A stretch of DNA of 64,000 nt from Candidatus Latescibacterota bacterium (GTDB lineage Bacteria; Latescibacterota; UBA2968; UBA8231): contig CBDCXV010000002.1 of assembly GCA_965223905.1 (NCBI GenBank), positions 480,001 to 544,000 on the forward strand. Direction: 5' to 3'. The position numbers were made by a program, and so were the translations under genes. Numbering within the stretch: position 1 is the stretch's first letter; each line of letters starts with the position of its first letter. Shown here in pieces: positions 57,417-64,000 of this stretch. The notes beneath the pieces were generated by a model. That model was not told the origin of the DNA, searched no databases, and worked only from the letters and a program-made list of their open reading frames with translations.

Positions 57417-58433
57417 ATGCCCGTCATTCCCGCCACCGACCGCCGCCTGACCTGGAGCGGCGCCGTCTCCCTCGAAGAGGGGCCGGGCTGGGTCAAGCCC
57501 TGGCGCATTCCCCATCGAGATCCGGACCTGTACTCGCCCGGGGAGAACGGCCTTGCCGGGCGGGCCGAGATGCCTTCGGGCGTGCGCGTGCGCCTGGCCA
57601 CCGACGCCGAGGAGCTGATCGTCCGCTGCGAGCCGCTGGCCGGGGAGGGCCGCTTCGACCTGTGCATCGGCGGGAAGATCGCCGCCACCGTTCCGTATGC
57701 GGCCGGCGCGACCGAGGTCCGCTTCGAGGGCTTGCCTGCGGGCGGGAAGTCCCTGGAGATCTGGCTGTCGCCGGCCATGCCCGTCGCCCTGCGCCACGTA
57801 GAATTGCCCGGGGGAACAGATTGCGAAAAAAGCGAAGATACCCGGCCGAAATGGATTACCTATGGCAGCTCCATCACCCACTGCCGCACCGCGGGATCGC
57901 CCGCCACCACCTGGCCGGGAGTGGTAGCCCGCGCCCGGGACTTCAACCTCACTTCGCTGGGCTACGGCGGCCAGTGCCACGCCGACCCGTTCGTCGCCCG
58001 GCTGATCCGCGGCCTGCCCGCGGACTTCGTCTCGGTCAAGATCGGCATCAACATCTACGGCGCCGCCAGCCTCGGCCCGCGCGCCTTCCGCCCGGCCGTC
58101 CTCGGCACCATTGCCACCATCCGCGACGGCCATCCCCACACCCCGTTGGCGGTCTGCTCGCCGATCTGGGGCCACGACCGCGAGACCGCGCCCAATGCGG
58201 TCGGCCTGACCCTGCAACAGATGCGCGTCGAGGTAGCCGAAGCCGTGGAGGCGTTCAAAAAGCGCGGCGACGGCAACATCCATTACGTCGACGGCCTGAA
58301 GCTCTTCGACGAAAGCCTCGCCGAATATCTGCCGGACAACCTCCACCCGGACGCCACCGGGTACGAGCGCATGGGGCAGAACTTCCTCGAAGAAGTGTTT
58401 TCAGTGCAGGGGGTGCAGGTGGGGAATCGGTAG
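57417..58433 (+). CDS. SGNH/GDSL hydrolase
   Basis: 'YGSSIT', 'LGYGG', 'GIN', 'DNLHP'. Confidence 0.88.
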   Translation: MPVIPATDRRLTWSGAVSLEEGPGWVKPWRIPHRDPDLYSPGENGLAGRAEMPSGVRVRLATDAEELIVRCEPLAGEGRFDLCIGGKIAATVPYAAGATEVRFEGLPAGGKSLEIWLSPAMPVALRHVELPGGTDCEKSEDTRPKWITYGSSITHCRTAGSPATTWPGVVARARDFNLTSLGYGGQCHADPFVARLIRGLPADFVSVKIGINIYGAASLGPRAFRPAVLGTIATIRDGHPHTPLAVCSPIWGHDRETAPNAVGLTLQQMRVEVAEAVEAFKKRGDGNIHYVDGLKLFDESLAEYLPDNLHPDATGYERMGQNFLEEVFSVQGVQVGNR

Positions 58434-58573
58434 TCGGTACGGCTCGGCTGAGGTACTGCGCTCGTTGCCGGATCCCGAATCCGGTTGGCGCTGAAGGAAC
58501 ACCGGGTATGCGGGAAACAGCTACGGTCAGCTTGGTGTATTCGGTGAACCGTTGCGGCAGGCGGCAGCCGGCG

Positions 58574-59200
58574 TCAGAAATACACCAGCGCCGTCATCTC
58601 CGTCTGGAAGGTCTCGAGGGACCACTCCCACTCGCGGTTGAGGTCCTCTTTCTCGTAGCGATAGCTCAGGTCCAGTCCGGTCTGGCCGCTCAGGCTGATG
58701 CGCTGGAACGGGAACCAGTCGGCACCCAAGCCCACTGCCAGCCCCAGATCGCGCTCGGTTCGGGTGCGCTGTTTCACGGAATCGCTGCCGAATCCCCTAT
58801 CCCAAATAGCAATACCTGCGTGGGCTTTATAAATAACAAAGGGGGCGACCTCGTTGTGCAGAGGGCGGAAGTGCTTGATGGCAGGACGCAGTTGCAGACT
58901 TAGAGACCGATACGGTATTCGGATATCGTCTCGGTCAAGGTTATCCAGGTCGTGTATGGTGCTTTCGCGGTAAAGCGATGACAAACCTATTTCAAGGCCG
59001 AAGGCAGTGACGGGAGAGCGTACTTTCCACAGGCTGATGCTGCGTTCGCTGCTGGAAGGCAGGGGCACGCCCAACGCCCAGCCGCCCCGGTCCGCCAGGG
59101 GGCCTTCAGCAGAGGCCGCGGCGCCTGTCAACAGGATCAGGGAGAGCAACGATTTAGCCAGCATGAGCTTCGGGATCCCATAGCCTGTGGCGGTATTCAT
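58574..59200 (-). CDS. Outer-membrane beta-barrel protein
   Basis: Signal peptide, alternating strands, C-terminal 'VYF'. Confidence 0.7.
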   Translation of the reverse strand: MNTATGYGIPKLMLAKSLLSLILLTGAAASAEGPLADRGGWALGVPLPSSSERSISLWKVRSPVTAFGLEIGLSSLYRESTIHDLDNLDRDDIRIPYRSLSLQLRPAIKHFRPLHNEVAPFVIYKAHAGIAIWDRGFGSDSVKQRTRTERDLGLAVGLGADWFPFQRISLSGQTGLDLSYRYEKEDLNREWEWSLETFQTEMTALVYF

Positions 59201-59295
59201 CGGGAAAAAGAACCGCTGACAGCAAGACCAAAATTAAAAAGAGGCATTGTGTTAATTGCGGGTTGTGGAGTGGTGAGAGGAGCCATCGTCTTTGG

Positions 59296-59898
59296 TCAGA
59301 AATACATCAATGCCTTCAATTGCGATTGGAAGGTCCGCAAGTACAGGTTCCAACTGGTTTGGGAGGTGTTGGAATCAATCCCCCTGGAATCGTGCTGAAA
59401 GTAGCGGTACCCCAGTCTCAGCCCGGTCTGACCGCCCAGGCTGATGCGTGGAAAGGGGAACCATTCGACTCCCAAACCAAATCCTATCCCTATGTTGCCT
59501 CCGCTGCTGCCCTGCGAATTCAGACCATATTCCCGTTCGTGTCCCGAAAAACCGGCTTCAACCTGGCTGTAGGTAAAGGAGGCGACCCGATTGTTCAGCG
59601 GCCGATACCTCTTGATTGTGGGACTCAGCCGCAGGCTCAGGTAATGGCTATTGATGGCTGCTGAACCGGGGTCATCCGCGTTGGCGGTGGAGTCGCGGAG
59701 GCTCCACGAAACCCTTGTTTCCAGGCCCAGGGCGGTGGTGGGAGAGCGGATCTTCCACACGCTGAAGCTGCTTCCGCCGCCCGAAGGCAGGGCTACCCCC
59801 AGCCCCCAGTTCCCGCGGCCGGCCAGGGGGCCTTCCTGGTGGGCGGAGGCGATGCCGCTGGTCATCAGGACGATCCAGATCAGACGGGAGACGGACAT
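59296..59898 (-). CDS. Outer-membrane beta-barrel protein, paralog of 58574-59200
   Basis: Shared 'EGPLA.RG.W.LGV.LPS', 'WFPF.RISL.GQTGL', C-terminal 'MYF'. Confidence 0.7.
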   Translation of the reverse strand: MSVSRLIWIVLMTSGIASAHQEGPLAGRGNWGLGVALPSGGGSSFSVWKIRSPTTALGLETRVSWSLRDSTANADDPGSAAINSHYLSLRLSPTIKRYRPLNNRVASFTYSQVEAGFSGHEREYGLNSQGSSGGNIGIGFGLGVEWFPFPRISLGGQTGLRLGYRYFQHDSRGIDSNTSQTSWNLYLRTFQSQLKALMYF

Positions 59899-60323
59899 GG
59901 GAGCTTCTCCTGAAGGCGCCGTGGGACGACGGAAGGGGATCCTTTGTATTGCAATACCCGAAAAAACCCAGACGCGCAACCCCTCCGTTCATCCCTGGTG
60001 GACCGACCGGCCCGCCGGAAGGGAGCCGGAGCTGGCGGAACATGCGGGATTTGCGTTGTCCGCGAACACCGCCCGGGGATCGCTCAGCTTCCCGGTTCCT
60101 GCGATTCCGAGCGTTTGGAAACTCACCGTCTCTCAGGTTCTCACGATTACGGGCATGCGGAAGATTCTATTCGGCCGGCTCCTGCGACCGCCGATGAGCA
60201 CGTCCAGCGCCCTGACAGGGAATCCTCGGAAGGGGCTTATCTTTACTTTATGTACATGATGAACCTGCTCGAAGCGCACCAACCTCACGAGCAAGCCTGA
60301 ACCCGGAGTTCATACAGAACGAG

Positions 60324-61688
60324 ATGTCATTTTCGAAGCGACTGGAATCCTGCTCCCTCGAACGCATTACCCGGATGAAGGATGTGGTAGTGCAGGAGAT
60401 CGACCGCATCGACCGTCAGCTGGCCGCCGAAGAGAGGGAGATCGACGCCATGACGGAACAAGTGGAGACGGTCAGTCTGAGCAAAAGGCACGGCCAGTAC
60501 GAGCTGGGCCTCGACAAGGCGGAATCGCGGATCTCCAGGCTGAACGAGGAAAAGGAGAAGCTGCAGGACAAGGCCCGGATCCTCGAGCAGGCGCGCCAGA
60601 GGAAACACCTGATGGACGAGCAGGCCAGGGTGCTGGGCAGCGTCGGCAGGGTGAGAGCCAAGGACCTGCTCATCTTCGTTCTCATCCTATTCCTGATAAC
60701 AATCCTGGTCGTCGACCTGCTCGGCATCGGCGCCATCGGCGGCGGCGCTGTTGCCCAGGCGGAAGTGGAGGACGGGAAAATAAGCGAGATCGTCATCCTG
60801 AACGGGGGAGAAGGGTTTGAGCGGGTGAACATTCACATAACCGATGAGGAAGGTTCGCACGCCCTTGCTTCAGGGCAGGTGGTCGGGGGAAAGCTGAAGC
60901 AGGTGAAGATCATCGACAGCGGAGAGAACTATACCGATCCCGTCGTGGAGATACTGCCGCACTTTGCCGTGAGTACGTTGTGGATATTCTGGATCATCGA
61001 CGTGATATGCTGCGGCCTATTCATGGCCAACTTCGTCTTCGAGCACAGGCTTGCCGATTCAAAGAAGTGGTACTGGAAGAACAACTGGATCGACTTCATA
61101 ACCTCCATACCGCTTCCCCCGGTGCAGGTCATCGCCGCCTCCGGCGACCTGGGCGTCGTTCGCCTGGGGCGTCTGCTCCGGGCGGTGCGCATCCTGAGGG
61201 CGCTGAGGTTGTTCCGCATCGGGCTGTTCTTCTGGCGCGGCATGGACCACCTGAGCTCCACCCTCGACGTGAGACTCCTCAAGCGGTCCCTTCTCTACGG
61301 CCTGCTGTCCCTCGTGTTCGGCGCCTGCATTTTCATGGGCCTGGAGCGCCTCGAGTCCGGCTCGGGGTTCTGGCCCAGCCTCTGGTGGAGCTTCACCACC
61401 CTGGTCACCGGCGGGTACGCCGACATCCACAATCCGCAGACCGCTTCCGGGAAAATCCTCACGGTTTTCCTGGTGATTACGGGCATGGTCCTGGTGGGGG
61501 TCTTTACCGCCACCCTGACCAGTGTGCTGGTGAAGGACGAGGATTCCGTCCAGGCCGAGGAGCTGGAGGAGCAGGTCGCCATCGCGACGAAAATCCAGAA
61601 GGACGTGAAGGAGGCCAACGAGCGCCTGGACCGGCTCGAGGGCAGCATCGGCGAAATCCGGGACGCCATGTCTGACCGGGGGAAGTAG
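60324..61688 (+). CDS. Voltage-gated potassium-channel-like ion transporter
   Basis: 'WIDFITSIP', S4 'RLGRLLRAVRILRALRLFR', pore 'WWSFTTLVTGGYAD..P.T..GK'. Confidence 0.85.
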   Translation: MSFSKRLESCSLERITRMKDVVVQEIDRIDRQLAAEEREIDAMTEQVETVSLSKRHGQYELGLDKAESRISRLNEEKEKLQDKARILEQARQRKHLMDEQARVLGSVGRVRAKDLLIFVLILFLITILVVDLLGIGAIGGGAVAQAEVEDGKISEIVILNGGEGFERVNIHITDEEGSHALASGQVVGGKLKQVKIIDSGENYTDPVVEILPHFAVSTLWIFWIIDVICCGLFMANFVFEHRLADSKKWYWKNNWIDFITSIPLPPVQVIAASGDLGVVRLGRLLRAVRILRALRLFRIGLFFWRGMDHLSSTLDVRLLKRSLLYGLLSLVFGACIFMGLERLESGSGFWPSLWWSFTTLVTGGYADIHNPQTASGKILTVFLVITGMVLVGVFTATLTSVLVKDEDSVQAEELEEQVAIATKIQKDVKEANERLDRLEGSIGEIRDAMSDRGK

Positions 61689-61704
61689 GAGCTTCGGGCG
61701 GTCC

Positions 61705-64000
61705 TTGTTTCCGGCCCCGGCCTTTCGGAAGGCCATCGCCCTGCTCGCCGTGCTGGCCGGCTGCTTCAGCCTGCCCCGTCCGCTGTTTGCCGAGCGGTTG
61801 CTGATCAACGAACTGATGTCGAACAACCAGTCCTGCTGTGCGGACCGGTACGGCCAGTTCGACGACTGGATTGAGATACACAACGCGGGCGGCCGCGCGG
61901 TGAACATCGGCGGCATGTTCATCACCGACGACCTCACCGATCCAGGGGCCTTCCAGTTCCCCACGGATGACCGCAAAGCCACCACGATCCCGGCCGGTGG
62001 ATACATCCTGCTGTGGGCGGACGAAGACCACGACCAGCCGGGGTTCCATCTGAATTTCGGGCTCTCTTCGAACGGCGAGCAGCTGGGGTTGTTCGCTTCG
62101 GACGGCACCACGCTCGTCGATTCAGTGACATTCGGTCCACTGCGGCCCGACGTTTCCTACGCCCGGGTACCGGACGGAAAAGGCTGGTTCCTTGTGGACG
62201 AGCCCTCCCCGGGGAGGAAGAACGATTCCTCCGGGAAGCGCCGCCATTCCCAGGCTCCCTCGTACTCGCACGAGAGCGGCCGCTACGACTATCCCTTCAC
62301 CGTTATCTTGAGCCACCCGGATCCCAAAACCCGCATCTTCTTCTCTACCGATGGCAGCATCCCCACGGGGAAGAAGCGTTACGACGGGATCGGGGTCCGT
62401 ATCGAAACCACGACAGTCCTGCGGTCAGTCGCGGTCGCGAAAGGCCTTCTCCCCAGTGACGTGATGACTCGCACCTACTTTGTCGGTGACGAGGTCAGCC
62501 TGCCGACTGTTTCGCTTGCTGTCGACCCGGAGCATCTCTGGGGCGACAAACTGGGGATCTATGTCGAGGGGGATCGCAGGAACTTCACCCGCGACTGGGA
62601 ACGCCCCGCCCATATCGAATTTTACGATGTGGCGGGGGGTCTGGAATTCTCCCAGGACGTGGGCGTGAAGCTTCACGGCGGCTGGTCCCGCAACCAGCCG
62701 CAGAAGTCGATCGCCGTACGCGCCCGCCGGGGATACGGCAACGAGGCCATATACTACCCTCTCTTCCCCGACAAACCTTTAACCCGATACAAGGGTTTCG
62801 TCCTGCGCAACTCCGGCAATGACTGGACGTACACGCTCCTTCGCGACGCGATCATGCAGGCCCTGGTCAAGGGTCGCATGGACATCGACTACCAGGCCTA
62901 CAGACCCGTCGTTCTCTTTCTCAACGGCCAGTACTGGGGTATCCACAACATGCGCGAGCGCATTTCGGTCGACTATCTAACGGATAACCACGGATTCGGA
63001 TCGGACGAAATCGATTACCTCGTCAACGATTCAGAGGCGAGGGCAGGAGACGCCGAACACTATCAGTCGTTTCTCAGCTTCTTCGAGAGCAGCGATCTGC
63101 AGGAAGCCGGCGCCATTGAGGAGATACGGGCAAGCATGGATCTCGATGAATTCCTCAACTACCAGATTGCCGAAATCTACTCCGTGAACACCGATTGGCC
63201 CGGCAACAATTGGGAATTCTGGCGTCCCCGCAGCGCGGACGGCCGCTGGCGATGGATATTCTTCGATCTGGACTACGGGTTCAACTTGCCTCTGGCATTG
63301 AACCCCAGCCCTCCCGAGCTCGACATGGTGGCATGGGCGACCACTCCCGGTGAGGATTGGTGGAATCCCCCCTGGGCCACGTTCCTCATGCAAAGGCTTC
63401 TCGAGATCGATGAAGTCAGGCAGGATTTCATTCAACGGTTCGCGAGCCATCTGAACACCACTTTCGAAAGGACCCGGGTCGAGGCCGTTATCGACAGCAT
63501 GAGGAACGCCGTTGCGGAGGAGATACCCCGGCATTCCGAACGGTGGGCCCCCTACCCTTCCCCTTTCTATGGAAATGCGTTCGCTTCGATAGAGGAGTGG
63601 GATGCCAATCTCGAGGTGATGCGGTCCTTCGCCCGGGTGAGGGCAGGCCATGTATGGGGTCACCTGCAGAACAAATTCTCCCTTGGGGGCCGATCCACGC
63701 TTTCGCTCGAGGTCGAGCCCGAGGGGGCGGGTACCGTCTTTGTAAACACCGTACCGGTAACGGTTTCCCGTTCATCCGGTCTCTACTTCAACGGGGTGCC
63801 CATCGATGTGGTGGCGGTTGCGGCACCCGGGTTCGAGTTCGACAGCTGGTCGGATCCGGTCTCGGAAACCTCCCGCGCCAGGCTGGCCATCGAGGGGAAC
63901 TACGGGATTGCCGCCCGGTTCACATCCTCGGGACAGGAGCCCGTTTCACCCGGGCAGCCGCCCGTTGTGATCAACGAGATCAACTACAATTCGGGTGAGG
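61705..64000 (+). CDS. CotH kinase-family protein with lamin-tail and chitobiase/Fn3-like domains, runs off the window
   Basis: Open frame absent from the ORF track: 'LLINELMSNN..DWIEI.N', 'FSTDGS.P', 'LRNSGND', 'LNGQYWGI.N.RE', 'DWPGNN', 'DLDYGF', 'VVINEINYN'; the start is uncertain. Confidence 0.88.
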   Translation, partial: MFPAPAFRKAIALLAVLAGCFSLPRPLFAERLLINELMSNNQSCCADRYGQFDDWIEIHNAGGRAVNIGGMFITDDLTDPGAFQFPTDDRKATTIPAGGYILLWADEDHDQPGFHLNFGLSSNGEQLGLFASDGTTLVDSVTFGPLRPDVSYARVPDGKGWFLVDEPSPGRKNDSSGKRRHSQAPSYSHESGRYDYPFTVILSHPDPKTRIFFSTDGSIPTGKKRYDGIGVRIETTTVLRSVAVAKGLLPSDVMTRTYFVGDEVSLPTVSLAVDPEHLWGDKLGIYVEGDRRNFTRDWERPAHIEFYDVAGGLEFSQDVGVKLHGGWSRNQPQKSIAVRARRGYGNEAIYYPLFPDKPLTRYKGFVLRNSGNDWTYTLLRDAIMQALVKGRMDIDYQAYRPVVLFLNGQYWGIHNMRERISVDYLTDNHGFGSDEIDYLVNDSEARAGDAEHYQSFLSFFESSDLQEAGAIEEIRASMDLDEFLNYQIAEIYSVNTDWPGNNWEFWRPRSADGRWRWIFFDLDYGFNLPLALNPSPPELDMVAWATTPGEDWWNPPWATFLMQRLLEIDEVRQDFIQRFASHLNTTFERTRVEAVIDSMRNAVAEEIPRHSERWAPYPSPFYGNAFASIEEWDANLEVMRSFARVRAGHVWGHLQNKFSLGGRSTLSLEVEPEGAGTVFVNTVPVTVSRSSGLYFNGVPIDVVAVAAPGFEFDSWSDPVSETSRARLAIEGNYGIAARFTSSGQEPVSPGQPPVVINEINYNSGE

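Overview
High-GC bacterial window. A C-terminal 'TGVQARSWGAVK' tail, an 'AQDYTRW' N-terminus and a CotH/LTD protein suggest a Latescibacterota/Gemmatimonadota/Poribacteria-like host; this is inference. About 4-47.4 kb is a mosaic defence/mobile island. It holds decayed IS1595, IS701, IS256 and IS481 pieces, an RND efflux operon with an in-frame TetR-TolC fusion, a type I restriction-modification operon (hsdM, hsdS, hsdR, M48) whose gene ends are repeatedly duplicated around foreign cargo, and about ten toxin-antitoxin loci, most with a broken toxin and an intact antitoxin. The best candidate for an undescribed system is an intact, AT-richer, translationally coupled three-gene cassette: a remote TIGR04255-like protein, an antitoxin-like protein and a small ADP-ribosyltransferase-like protein. 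It occurs twice in highly diverged form (9245-11053 and 44579-46451). The second copy fills the same slot, between an M48 gene end and a uxuA remnant, that in a tandem sister unit holds an Hsp90-like ATPase + SIR2 operon. From 47.4 kb to the end the genes are ordinary envelope/transport genes, apart from an unusual potassium-channel-like protein. No rRNA, tRNA or CRISPR array was seen. All family assignments come from reading motifs by eye, without database searches.
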